From the NCBI GenBank assembly GCA_965243125.1, contig OZ251529.1:2452312-2516311 (forward strand): a stretch of 64,000 nucleotides of DNA, written 5' to 3'. Shown here piece by piece: positions 49,601 to 58,490 of the stretch. A program made the translations under genes and the position numbers. A model generated the notes under the pieces. The model searched no databases. It was not told the origin of the DNA and saw only the letters and a program-made list of their open reading frames with translations. How positions within the stretch are numbered: position 1 is the first letter of the stretch; every line of letters starts with the position of its first letter. The stretch comes from Dehalococcoidia bacterium. Its GTDB lineage: Bacteria; Chloroflexota; Dehalococcoidia; Bin125.

Positions 49601-49750
49601 CGGGCCGCCTGACGCCAGATCGCGCCAGGCTGGGCAGGGGATGTGAGGGCTGATCGTCGCCCGGGAGGCGGGATTACGCGGCTGTGGATCGGGATGCCGA
49701 GCTATGGCTGCGCGACGGCGGCGGCGGTTGATCTGCGCTAGAATGGAGCC

Positions 49751-50164
49751 ATGGCAGCCATACCGTCGCTGGACTGGTACGAAAAGCTGATCGCGGCCGG
49801 CTTCACCGAGAAACAGGCGCTGAATCGCCAGCTGCTCGAAAGCGACCACAAGATCGACAACCTCCAGCGCAATGTGGACCAGCTGCGCACAGATATGGAG
49901 AACGGCTTCACGCAGGTGCAGGAGGCGATGGAGCGCGGCTTCGCTCAGCTGCGGGCCGACATGCAGCGCGACATGGAGCAGCTGCGGCTGGAAATGAAAC
50001 GAGATCTCGAACTGGGCCAGGCGGAGCAGCGGCGGCACACGGAGCAGATCGCCAGTGAGGCCAGGCAGCACTCGGACCGGATCGAGCGGAACACGCTGGT
50101 TGCGATGATTGTGGTGGCGGGAGTGATCATCGCGGCGGTGGGGCTGATCGTCGCGCTGCTGTAG
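49751..50164 (+). CDS. Coiled-coil tail-anchored membrane protein (XhlA/DUF1640-like architecture)
   Basis: 137 aa: a heptad-rich region (NLQRNVDQLRTDMENGFTQVQEAMERGFAQLRADMQRDMEQLRLEMKRD) and a C-terminal TM (LVAMIVVAGVIIAAVGLIVALL). Convergent with the GmrSD-like gene, with 4 nt between the stops. Confidence 0.6.
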   Translation: MAAIPSLDWYEKLIAAGFTEKQALNRQLLESDHKIDNLQRNVDQLRTDMENGFTQVQEAMERGFAQLRADMQRDMEQLRLEMKRDLELGQAEQRRHTEQIASEARQHSDRIERNTLVAMIVVAGVIIAAVGLIVALL

Positions 50165-50168
50165 CGGT

Positions 50169-51995
50169 CTAGACCGCGTCTGGGCCGGGCCAGATCTGGA
50201 TGGCGATCTCAGTCAGCCGCTTGCTGCGGGCAAGAATCGTCGCCTCATCCCACACATCGCCCGCGTGCTTGATGAGGTCGTGATTGATCGGCGTGAGGCT
50301 GTGCTTCTGGATCTCCGGGCGTTTTTCAGACCATGGATCGTCGGAGATGGCCGAATTGAGGGATTGTGTGACCAATGTGAGGTTGCCGATCGTGTGGACC
50401 AGACGATCGCGTGCTGCCTCCGCCGTTTCGCTGGCATGCGCGAGTTCCTCTGCCGGCGCATCCCATTTCTCGCCGCGCCACTTTTGCGGCATCACGTGTT
50501 CAATGCTCAGCGACGAGTAGTCGTAGTTGAGCGGCTCGTTTTTCGCCGTGTGGAAGCTGCCGGCAAGTGCTTCGAGGACCATCGCCAGTTTGCGCCGGGC
50601 CAAGCCGCCGTACAGCGGCCGCTCGAGCAGGGCTTTCTCGAGCACGCTGTCGGACGGCCAGGCCCGACGCTCGACTGTTTGACTTCGCAGGTGGTCGATC
50701 ACGACGGCATCGGCGGCGGCGGGAGCGGCCTCATTCAGGCGCTTCAGGATTTCCTGCATCACGCGGTTCAGTCCCATGCTGGTGCGTCCGCACAGCGCGC
50801 GGCGCACGAGATAGCTCTCCAGCGCTCGGACAGCGCTGACAGTCCTTTCGCGGGATTCTGCGGGCACGTTCGCCATGAGCCAGAGCAGCACCGGCGTCAC
50901 AACGCCGACGTCCAGGATGTCGAAACGGGCGAGTTGGGTTGAGATGTCGGATTCTGCCGACGGGTCCGCGAGTTGGACGTAGAAATCCGAGACGGAATTC
51001 ATGTCGCCCACAACATCGCCGATCTTGCCATCATGCCCCTCGGTGTATTCGCGGAATGTGCGGAACACGTCGCCGGCCAGCACTTCGTCGGCAACCCGCA
51101 TAGTGAGCCAGTAGTTCAAGAACTGCTCGACGCGCTGGCGGCGAATGCGCCCCTGCTGGACCTCGGTGGTCCACCAGTCGTCGAGGTAGCGCACCAGCCA
51201 CTTTTCCGCCACGGCCTCGGCGTCAAGCCCATCGCGCTGTGCGGCGTGGATGATGTAGTTCTTGACGAGATCCGACTGCAAGAGGGGCGTACCGCGTGCG
51301 TTCAGGGTCTCGAAGATGACCTGCGGATCGACATCGGGACCAAGGTCGATCACGACCAACAGCAGGTAGCGCCTCAGGACGGAATACAGAGCTTTGGCAC
51401 GCGCTGGATTCACATCACCATCGTCGCGGAGCCACTCACGGACCTTGTTGCGGAAGAAGTTGTGTGCCTCAACGAGCGGCGAGTCTTCGTGCTCTTTCGT
51501 CGGCAGGTCGTTGTGCATCGCATGCCGAAAAGCCTCGCGGTCGGCACGTGTCGGCCAGACTTTGAAGTGATCTTCGTCAACCTCAACGAAGTCGTCATCG
51601 TTCGCGACGAGGACACGTAGGCGCGCCGACAGTTTGTCACCTGCGATTTCGTACTCCTCCTGTGCTGCATCGAGCAGCAACTGGAGAGTCGTCAATCGCT
51701 GTTGTCCATCGATCACCAGCCGGATATCGATGTCGCCTGTCGGCTGCCGTTCCTGTTGCACGACGACAGCACCCAGGAAGTGGCTGGCGCGACTATCCTC
51801 AGAGACTGCGACATCGTTCGGCGTGTCAGCATGCTGCTCTGCGAGGGCGCTCACGTCATTCCACAGCGGATCCCACTGCTCGTCCTCGTTCCACACGTAG
51901 CGGCGCTGGAACGGCGGAATCACATAGCGAATTGGCCCTTGAAAGAGCTTCGCCGAATTCCGCACATTGACTTCGATCGAGGCGTCCTGTGGCAT
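50169..51995 (-). CDS. GmrSD-family type IV (modification-dependent) restriction endonuclease, DUF262 (ParB-like NTPase) plus DUF1524 (His-Me/HNH-like nuclease)
   Basis: N-terminal 'RYVIPPFQRRYVW' and 'LVIDGQQRLTTL' (DGQQR) are DUF262 signatures. C-terminal 'SIEHVMPQKW...HTIGNLTLVTQSLNSA' is the DUF1524 H...N...N core. Confidence 0.85.
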   Translation of the reverse strand: MPQDASIEVNVRNSAKLFQGPIRYVIPPFQRRYVWNEDEQWDPLWNDVSALAEQHADTPNDVAVSEDSRASHFLGAVVVQQERQPTGDIDIRLVIDGQQRLTTLQLLLDAAQEEYEIAGDKLSARLRVLVANDDDFVEVDEDHFKVWPTRADREAFRHAMHNDLPTKEHEDSPLVEAHNFFRNKVREWLRDDGDVNPARAKALYSVLRRYLLLVVIDLGPDVDPQVIFETLNARGTPLLQSDLVKNYIIHAAQRDGLDAEAVAEKWLVRYLDDWWTTEVQQGRIRRQRVEQFLNYWLTMRVADEVLAGDVFRTFREYTEGHDGKIGDVVGDMNSVSDFYVQLADPSAESDISTQLARFDILDVGVVTPVLLWLMANVPAESRERTVSAVRALESYLVRRALCGRTSMGLNRVMQEILKRLNEAAPAAADAVVIDHLRSQTVERRAWPSDSVLEKALLERPLYGGLARRKLAMVLEALAGSFHTAKNEPLNYDYSSLSIEHVMPQKWRGEKWDAPAEELAHASETAEAARDRLVHTIGNLTLVTQSLNSAISDDPWSEKRPEIQKHSLTPINHDLIKHAGDVWDEATILARSKRLTEIAIQIWPGPDAV

Positions 51996-52001
51996 GGGCT
52001 T

Positions 52002-53417
52002 TTACTCCACTGAGCTCAGGGTGGACGACTTGCGGAGGGCGTTGGCGGCGCGCTCGAAGCTGGGGAAGGTAGGGATGCTTTCCGCCTGTAGGCGCTGGCG
52101 CGCCTCCAGCGCTTCCGGCTCTACGTGGCTGGGGTGGAGCGCGGCCAGGAGCGGCTTTTCGGACTTCGCGGTGAAGCGTTGGATGGAGGCGATCAGGCGA
52201 TCGAACTCCTCCGGCTTGTCGCGCCAGCGGCGGGCCATGAACGTCGCCGACAGCTCCATCGCCACCGCGTCGATGTTTGGGTCGGCGTCGAGGATGTCGA
52301 AGATGGTATCGAGGTGTTCGGGGGCCTGGCCGATGGTGCCGGCGGCGTCGAGCGGGTTTCGGTAGGAACCGCCGATGATGTTGAAGAACTCGGCGAGTTG
52401 CGTGTATGAGTCGTCGGAGAGCGTGGGCACTTTCCAGCCGGCCTTTTCGAAGGCGTCGGTCAGTACGACCGACTGACCGCCGGTCATCGCGATCAGGCCG
52501 AGCCGATTGCCGCTGGGGCGGCGGGTGAGCAGCGTCGCCTTGACAACGTCGATCATCTCGTCGAGGTTATGCACGGCAACGGCGCCGACCTGGCGGATCA
52601 CGGCTTCCCAGACGGCCTGGTCGCTGGCGAGCGAGGCAGTGTGCGAACGGATGGCGCGTCCGCCGCCCTCGGTCTGGCCGCCCTTCCAGATGATGACGGG
52701 CTTGCGGGCGGCGGCGGCCTTGAGCGATTCGAAGAGGCGGCGTCCGTCGCGCGCGCCCTCGATGTACATCCCGATCACGCGGGTGCGGTCGTCGTCGGCG
52801 AGGTAATCGAGGTAGTCGGCGGCTTCGAGGATGATGCCGTTGCCGAACGAGACGAGCGATGAGCAGTACAGCCCGTTGGCCGCGCCGGTCAGGGAGAAGT
52901 TCATCCCGTGCGTGCCGCTCTGGGAGATGAAGCCGATCTCGCCTTCGACGTCGTGGGGCTGGTCGCGGTTGAAGCGGACGCCGAGGCGGGGGATGTGGAC
53001 GCCCATGCAGTTGGGGCCGATCAGGGCGAGGCCGGAGGGGGCGGCGATTTCGTGGATTTTGTCCTGGAGCTCGACGCCGATCTCTTCGCCGGTCTCGGCA
53101 AAGCCGCTGGTGAAGAGGGTGACGCCGCCGACCTCGGCGTCGACGCAGCCCTGCACGATGAACGGCGCGACCTGGCGGGGCACGGCGCAGACGGCGAAGT
53201 CGACGCGCTCGGGGATGTCGGCGAGGCTCTGGTAGTTTTCGACGCCGAGCTCCTCGATACCGGGGATCTCGTTGGGATCGACCTGTACCGAATAGAGCTT
53301 GCCGGTGAAGGTTTGCAGCGAGCGGAGCCAGGTGTAGCCGCTGGCTTTTTTGTCGCCGATCACGGCGACGACTTCGGGGTTGAGGGTGCGGTGCAGGCGT
53401 TCGCGGGTGACGGGCAT
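52002..53417 (-). CDS. Acetyl-CoA synthetase (ADP-forming), alpha subunit (CoA-binding plus succinyl-CoA-synthetase-like ligase domains)
   Basis: 471 aa; 'VAVIGDKKASGYTWL' CoA-binding opening, 'FISQSGTHG', phosphohistidine-loop region 'GGRAIRSHTASLASD'. Confidence 0.8.
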   Translation of the reverse strand: MPVTRERLHRTLNPEVVAVIGDKKASGYTWLRSLQTFTGKLYSVQVDPNEIPGIEELGVENYQSLADIPERVDFAVCAVPRQVAPFIVQGCVDAEVGGVTLFTSGFAETGEEIGVELQDKIHEIAAPSGLALIGPNCMGVHIPRLGVRFNRDQPHDVEGEIGFISQSGTHGMNFSLTGAANGLYCSSLVSFGNGIILEAADYLDYLADDDRTRVIGMYIEGARDGRRLFESLKAAAARKPVIIWKGGQTEGGGRAIRSHTASLASDQAVWEAVIRQVGAVAVHNLDEMIDVVKATLLTRRPSGNRLGLIAMTGGQSVVLTDAFEKAGWKVPTLSDDSYTQLAEFFNIIGGSYRNPLDAAGTIGQAPEHLDTIFDILDADPNIDAVAMELSATFMARRWRDKPEEFDRLIASIQRFTAKSEKPLLAALHPSHVEPEALEARQRLQAESIPTFPSFERAANALRKSSTLSSVE

Positions 53418-53472
53418 GGGATTCGCCGTTCGCTGTGTGGCTGTGTGTGGCTGGCTGTCGGGCGGTGATCGG

Positions 53473-54183
53473 TCAGGCGCTCGCGGGGGCGAGCACGATG
53501 CGGGCGTCGACGGCGATTGCGCCGTCGGGCCGGGCGAAGACGGGGTTGAGGTCGAGCTCGGCGACGTCGGGGTGGGTCTGGGCGAAGTCGGAGAGTTGGA
53601 GCAGCATCGCCTCGATGGCGGAGAGGTTGGCGGGTTCGGCGCCGCGGAAGCCTTCGAGCACGGCGAAGCCCTGGATTTCGCGGATCATTTCGGCGGCGTC
53701 GCGCGGTTCGAGCGGCACGACGCGGAAGGCGACGTCCTTGAGCACCTCGACGAAGACGCCGCCGAGGCCGAACATGAGAACCGGGCCGAATTGTTGGTCC
53801 TGGGTGATGCCGAGAATGACCTCGGTGCCGGGCGCGGCCATGGGCTGGACGGAGAGGCTGGCGGCGGCGCCCGGCGCAGCCGCGGAGACGGCGTTGTGGA
53901 TGCGCTGCGCGGCGGCGCGCAGCTGGTCGGCGTCGGCGATGCCGAGCTCGACGCCGCCGACATCGGTCTTGTGGGTGATTTCGTCGGCCACGACCTTGAG
54001 CGCGACGGGGTAGCCGAGCTGGTCGGCGATGGCGACGGCGTCGTCGACGGAGGCGGCGAGGCGGGTGTCGGTGACGGGGACTCCGTGCTGAGCGAGCATC
54101 GCCTTGGCTTCAACCTCGCTGAGCAGGGTGCGCCCTTCGGCGCGCGCCTGCTCGATGATTCCGGTCGCTTCCGCTGTGGTCAT
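53473..54183 (-). CDS. Acetyl-CoA synthetase (ADP-forming), beta subunit (ATP-grasp domain)
   Basis: 236 aa; 'LSEVEAKAMLAQHGVPV...YPVALKVVADEITHKTDVGGVEL' ATP-grasp pattern. Upstream and co-directional with the alpha subunit. Confidence 0.8.
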   Translation of the reverse strand: MTTAEATGIIEQARAEGRTLLSEVEAKAMLAQHGVPVTDTRLAASVDDAVAIADQLGYPVALKVVADEITHKTDVGGVELGIADADQLRAAAQRIHNAVSAAAPGAAASLSVQPMAAPGTEVILGITQDQQFGPVLMFGLGGVFVEVLKDVAFRVVPLEPRDAAEMIREIQGFAVLEGFRGAEPANLSAIEAMLLQLSDFAQTHPDVAELDLNPVFARPDGAIAVDARIVLAPASA

Positions 54184-54249
54184 CGCGCTCCTCCGTCCGA
54201 TCCGGCCGAATCCAGGTTGCCGCAGCGAGGATATAGGACGAGGGGTTCG

Positions 54250-54350
54250 GCGGAATCGCCACGCGCCGAGCCCGCCCTCCGCCGCTACGCGGCACCTCCC
54301 CCACGATGGGGGAGGATTCCGATCCGGCGATTGCGGCGCGGGAGGGGGTA
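54250..54350. repeat. REP/MITE-like element fragment
   Basis: 'ccgccgctacgcggcacctcccccacgatgggggaggattccgatccgg'. Confidence 0.6.
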
Positions 54351-54377
54351 GGATTTGTGGGGAGACGGGGGTGCGCT

Positions 54378-55259
54378 ATGGCGCTTGGACGGGCGGAACG
54401 GGCGCAGGTGCGGCAGCAGCTGGAGGCGGTCGCGGGGCCGATCAAGATCGACTATTTCCACCAGAGCAAGCGGCAGGTGGTGGTGCCGGGGCGGCCGGAG
54501 CGCCCGAGCTGCGAGCTGGCGATCGAGCTGTACACGGAGCTGACGTCGCTGTCGGAGCAGGTGACGCTGAATGTGTATGAGTTCGAGGACGAGCCGGCGC
54601 AGGCGAAGCGGCGGGACGCGCAGGATGTGCCGTGCGCTGTGGTGCGCGGGGAGCTGAACCGTCCGCTGCGGATGTACGGCGTGCCGAACGGGCATCTGTT
54701 CGTGGCGTTCGTGCGGGCGCTGGTGCTGGCCTCGGCGCGGGACGGCAAGCCGTCGGCGCAGATGAAGCAGGCGCTGGGCAAGCTGCGGCGTCCGACGCGG
54801 CTGCGGCTGTTCGGCGCGTACGCCGATCAGAACAGCGGGCAGGCGGCGCTGATGTACTGGGCGACGGCGCTGCTCTCGCCGAAGCTGGAGACGGATGTGT
54901 ACGCGATTGAGGAGTTCGCGCCGCTGGCGCAGCGTCTGGGCGTGAACGCCTTGCCCACGGCGTTGGTCGACGATGAGTTTGCGGTGGCGGGGATCGTCGA
55001 TCCGATCGAGTTGGCGCGCTATGTGGGGCTGGCGCAGGCGCGTCCGAATCGGGCGCGGCTGAACCCGCCGCAGGCGCAGGCGGGCTCGCTGACGGGCTGG
55101 CGTCCGCCGCCCCCGCCGCCGGGCCCGCGACGCGCGCCGGCCGGCGAGCCTGCGGCCCCGGATCCGATTGCGCAGGCGGCGGGGCGGGCGCGTGAGGCGG
55201 CGGCCACGCCTGAGGGGATGCGGCGGACGGCGGGCGGGTTGATTGTGCCGGATCGGTAG
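54378..55259 (+). CDS. Hypothetical protein, possibly glutaredoxin/thioredoxin-like two-domain fold
   Basis: About 290 aa (MALGRAERAQVRQQLEAVAGPIKIDYF...). The alternating beta-alpha pattern and the C-terminal Ala/Pro-rich tail give weak similarity only. Confidence 0.35.
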   Translation: MALGRAERAQVRQQLEAVAGPIKIDYFHQSKRQVVVPGRPERPSCELAIELYTELTSLSEQVTLNVYEFEDEPAQAKRRDAQDVPCAVVRGELNRPLRMYGVPNGHLFVAFVRALVLASARDGKPSAQMKQALGKLRRPTRLRLFGAYADQNSGQAALMYWATALLSPKLETDVYAIEEFAPLAQRLGVNALPTALVDDEFAVAGIVDPIELARYVGLAQARPNRARLNPPQAQAGSLTGWRPPPPPPGPRRAPAGEPAAPDPIAQAAGRAREAAATPEGMRRTAGGLIVPDR

Positions 55260-55460
55260 GGGCGGGGTCGGTGCGCTGGGGCGGCCGACCCCCCAGTCCG
55301 CTGCGCGGACAGCCCCCCTGCATAGGGGGGCGATTCCAGAGCGGACTGCTCCCTGCATAGGGGGGCGATTCCGGAGTGGGCAGCCTCCCTGCATAGGGGG
55401 GCGATTCCGGAGTGGCAGCCTCCCTGCATAGGGGGGCGATTCCAGAGCGGACCGCCCCCG
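55260..55460. repeat. REP/MITE-like element (family A) with a 4-copy ~31-bp tandem array
   Basis: 'gccgaccccccagtccgctgcgcggacagcccccctgcataggggggcgattccagagcggactgctccctgcataggggggcgattccggagtgggcagcctccctgcataggggggcgattccggagtggcagcctccctgcataggggggcgattccagagcgg'. Confidence 0.85.
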
Positions 55461-55517
55461 TACTTGCGTTCTAGGAGACGGGGCAGTTAGGATTGGGGCG
55501 ACGGAAGGAGCGATCCG

Positions 55518-56039
55518 ATGAGGGTTGAGCACGGGTGGGTCGAGACGCCGCTGGGGACGATGTTCTTCGAGACGGTGGACGGGGCGCTGCGGGAGGCGGG
55601 CTTCGTGGAAACCTGGGCGCGGGAGACGGCTGCTCGGTCGGCGGGCGGCTGCGCGGAGGACGCGCCCTCGCTGTCGGCGGCGGCCTGTGCGGTGCGCGAC
55701 GCGCTGAGCGGCTACTTTGCGGGCGATGTGGCGGCGCTGGATGCGATTGAGCTTGATCTGGAGGGGACGCCGTTCCAGCGGGCGGTGTGGCAGGCGATCC
55801 GCGAGATTCCGGCGGGGCGCACGGCCTCCTACAGCGCGATCGCGCGGGCGGTGGGGCGCCCGGCCGCAATGCGGGCGGTGGGAACGGCGACGGGGCGCAA
55901 CCCGGCGGGGATTGCGGTGCCCTGCCACCGGGTAGTGCGCTCGGACGGCTCGCTGGGCGGCTACGGCGGGGGATTGGATCGCAAGCAGTGGTTTCTCGAT
56001 CACGAGCAGCGGCACACGGCAACGGAGGCATCGGCATGA
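55518..56039 (+). CDS. ogt: Methylated-DNA-protein-cysteine methyltransferase
   Basis: 173 aa; 'GTPFQRAVWQAIREIPAGRTASYSAIA' HTH and the 'PCHRVV' active-site motif. Confidence 0.9.
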   Translation: MRVEHGWVETPLGTMFFETVDGALREAGFVETWARETAARSAGGCAEDAPSLSAAACAVRDALSGYFAGDVAALDAIELDLEGTPFQRAVWQAIREIPAGRTASYSAIARAVGRPAAMRAVGTATGRNPAGIAVPCHRVVRSDGSLGGYGGGLDRKQWFLDHEQRHTATEASA

Positions 56040-56410
56040 GCAGCGTTACGGACCCGGAGATCGCGGCGGCGTTGGCCCAGGATCTGGTGATCGACATCAC
56101 GACGACGGGGCGACGGAGCGGCGCGCCGCAACGGATCGAGATTTGGTACCATGTGGTGGACGGTCGGTACTACATCACGGGGCGTCCAGGGCCGCGCTCG
56201 TGGTACGCGAATGTGCTGGCCGAGCCGCGCATCATCTTCCACCTGAAGGAGTCAGCGGAGGCGGACCTGGCGGCGACGGCGCGGGCGGTGACGGATGCGG
56301 CGGAGAAGCGGGCGGTGTTCCTGGGCGCGCCGAAGCTGGGGGAGTACATCACGGAGGAGAACGTGCAGGAGTGGGTGGATGGGAGCCCGCTGATCGAGGT
56401 GGTGTTCTGA
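56036..56410 (+). CDS. DUF385/PPOX-class (deazaflavin F420-dependent nitroreductase-like) protein
   Basis: 124 aa; 'LVIDITTTGRRSGAPQRIEIWYHVVDGRYYITG' is the typical split-barrel opening of DUF385 Ddn-like proteins. The start overlaps the ogt stop (atga). Confidence 0.75.
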   Translation: MSSVTDPEIAAALAQDLVIDITTTGRRSGAPQRIEIWYHVVDGRYYITGRPGPRSWYANVLAEPRIIFHLKESAEADLAATARAVTDAAEKRAVFLGAPKLGEYITEENVQEWVDGSPLIEVVF

Positions 56411-56439
56411 GCGGGTTGGGGGTGGTGCGGCGTCTGTCT

Positions 56440-56560
56440 TGTGCTCGCGGCTCCGCGCCGATCCCCCAGTCCGCTTACGCGGACAGCCCCCCTGCATAGG
56501 GGGGCGATTCCGGAGAGCCCCCTCCGCCTCCCCCCCACGATGGGGGGAGAGGATGGTCAC
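56440..56560. repeat. REP/MITE-like element (family A)
   Basis: 'gccgatcccccagtccgcttacgcggacagcccccctgcataggggggcgattccggag...cccccccacgatggggggagagg'. Confidence 0.8.
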
Positions 56561-57363
56561 TTGGCGGCGATGAGGGCGATTTGGATGAATTCGAAGAGGG
56601 CTTCGGGGTGCTGGGACCAGGTTTGCCAGGCGATGGAGAGGGCATTGAGGTCGGTTTGGGTTGCGAGGTTGTATTCGAGCGCTTGCGTAGCGACGGCGGA
56701 GTGGAGAATGCGTTGGGACCAAGCTTCGCCCCAAATGCGGGCTTCCTCGTCTTCGAGCAGGACGACGTTGGGGTGGGTTTCGATCTCGGTGAAGCCGGCG
56801 GCGCGGGCCCAGGACGGGAGTTTGCGGCCGGCGTCGGGTTCGGCGTTGTTGGCGTAGGCGACCTGGTGGTAGAGCGTGTTCCAGCGCTCGAACTCGGGGA
56901 ACTTGGGGTGGGGCTGCATGGTGGCGTAATCGGCGTCGCGGACGGCGAGCAGCCCGCCGGGGCGGAGGACGCGGCGCATTTCGCGCAGGGCGGCGACGGG
57001 ATCGGAGAGGTGCTGGAGCAGCTGGTTGGCGTAAACGATGTCGAACGTGTCGTCGGGGTAGTTGAGCGCGTAGACATTGCCCTCGACGAATTCGAGGTTG
57101 TCCGGTCCCGTCTCGGCGGCGTGTTCGCGGGCGGTGGCGAGCACGTCGGGGGCGGCGTCGAGGCCGGTGACGAGGCCGGGCGCGACGGCGCGGGCGAGTC
57201 CGCTCGTGACCGTGCCGGGGCCGCAGCCGATATCAAGCAGGCGTTGGCCAGGCCGGAGGCGGGGTAGCAGGAACCAGGCCTCGATCTCGGCTCGGCGCCG
57301 CGCGTGCTGGGCGACGACAGAGGGGTGGTGTCCGTGGGTGTAGCGCTCGCGGGGTTCAGGCAT
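56557..57363 (-). CDS. Class I SAM-dependent methyltransferase
   Basis: 'RLLDIGCGPGTVTSGLA' (motif I GxGxG) and 'LRPGGLLAV' (post-II). The start is chosen at MPEPRERY. Confidence 0.85.
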   Translation of the reverse strand: MPEPRERYTHGHHPSVVAQHARRRAEIEAWFLLPRLRPGQRLLDIGCGPGTVTSGLARAVAPGLVTGLDAAPDVLATAREHAAETGPDNLEFVEGNVYALNYPDDTFDIVYANQLLQHLSDPVAALREMRRVLRPGGLLAVRDADYATMQPHPKFPEFERWNTLYHQVAYANNAEPDAGRKLPSWARAAGFTEIETHPNVVLLEDEEARIWGEAWSQRILHSAVATQALEYNLATQTDLNALSIAWQTWSQHPEALFEFIQIALIAAK

Positions 57364-58012
57364 CGGCGTCAGCCTGCGCGCACGCTTGCTCGCTTTCGGG
57401 CGCACTTTCTTGCACGAAGTCGGGGAGGATGCCGGCGAGGGCTCGGCGGGCGTCGCCGCTCAACTCCATTTCGCGCAGCGCCTGTTGGGCGGCGGGGCTC
57501 ATTTTGCGCCAGGTGCGCCCGACGACGCGGCGCTGCTGGCGCGCGTCGAGGTCGGGCATGGTGGACTCGAGCTGAGTCTGGAAGAAGACGAGCGAGAGCG
57601 CGTCTTCGAGGGTTTGGGCTTCCTCATCGCCCTGCTGGAGCAGCGGTTCTTTGGCGATCAGGGCGTGGACGCGCTCGACTTCGGCGCGTCGGTAGCCGTG
57701 CCGTTCGAGGATGGCGGCGGCGAGTTCGGCGTGGACATGGTGCAGCGCGCGCCGCCAGCGGAGGTAGGCGCTGCGCCCGGCGGGGAAGGCGTCGCGGGGG
57801 ATCATCCAGCGGCGCAGGTGGTGGGCGCGGGCGGCGAGCAGCAGCGTTTCGGAGGCGTCGGGGCGGAGTCGGAGCACCCAAGCGGTCATCATTTCGGCGT
57901 GGGTTTGTTCTTTGGGGCGCTGTGCGCCGTCGACGAGCAGGGTGGCAGGGTCGGCGGCGTTGGCGGCGTCGATCGCTGCGATTGCAGCGGCGTAGCGGTT
58001 GGAGTGGGGCAC
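57356..58012 (-). CDS. Hypothetical protein (DUF4202-like)
   Basis: 218 aa, helical; the N-terminus overlaps the methyltransferase start by 8 nt, suggesting an operon. Family call is tentative. Confidence 0.35.
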   Translation of the reverse strand: MPHSNRYAAAIAAIDAANAADPATLLVDGAQRPKEQTHAEMMTAWVLRLRPDASETLLLAARAHHLRRWMIPRDAFPAGRSAYLRWRRALHHVHAELAAAILERHGYRRAEVERVHALIAKEPLLQQGDEEAQTLEDALSLVFFQTQLESTMPDLDARQQRRVVGRTWRKMSPAAQQALREMELSGDARRALAGILPDFVQESAPESEQACAQADADA

Positions 58013-58079
58013 TGTGGCACTTTCGGGTTTGTGGGCAGCATACGGGGCGTCGGCGGTTGTTCCCGGCGGGGGTGAGTTT

Positions 58080-58490
58080 TGGCGCGTTGGGGAGGTCGTG
58101 GCTTAGGCGTGTTTACGCAAACCCAACTCCGTTCGCAGCGCCGAAGGCCCAGATCTGCTCGCCAACGCCTGTTCGCAGGTCAGCTCGATGCGCTGTGCTG
58201 CCGAGAACCGCCTTGTGGATTCCCGCTCGGGGGCGGGAATGACGGAATTTTGGGGCGGGAATGGCGGGAGTGGGGGTGGGAATGGCGGGAGTGGGTCGTA
58301 TGGGGTGTTGGTGCTGGTGGCGGCGAGATACCCCCGTTCGGGCCGGGGGCAGGCTCCGCGGCAAGCGCGGGTATGACGGAGGAGAGAGAGGCGGGTATGA
58401 CGGAGGAGGGGAGGCGGGTATGGCGGAGGAGGGGAGGCGGGTATGGCGGAGGAGGGGAGGCGGGAATAATGGGAGTGGGGGTGGGTGCTA
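58080..58490. repeat. Composite hairpin-rich intergenic repeat, copy 3 (family B, inverse orientation) with a tandem 'gaggcgggtatg(a/g)cggagga' array
   Basis: 'ggattcccgctcgggggcgggaatgacggaattttggggcgggaatggcgg...gcggcaagcgcgggtatgacggaggag...' These are modules shared with 1130-1700 and 6470-6840. Confidence 0.65.
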
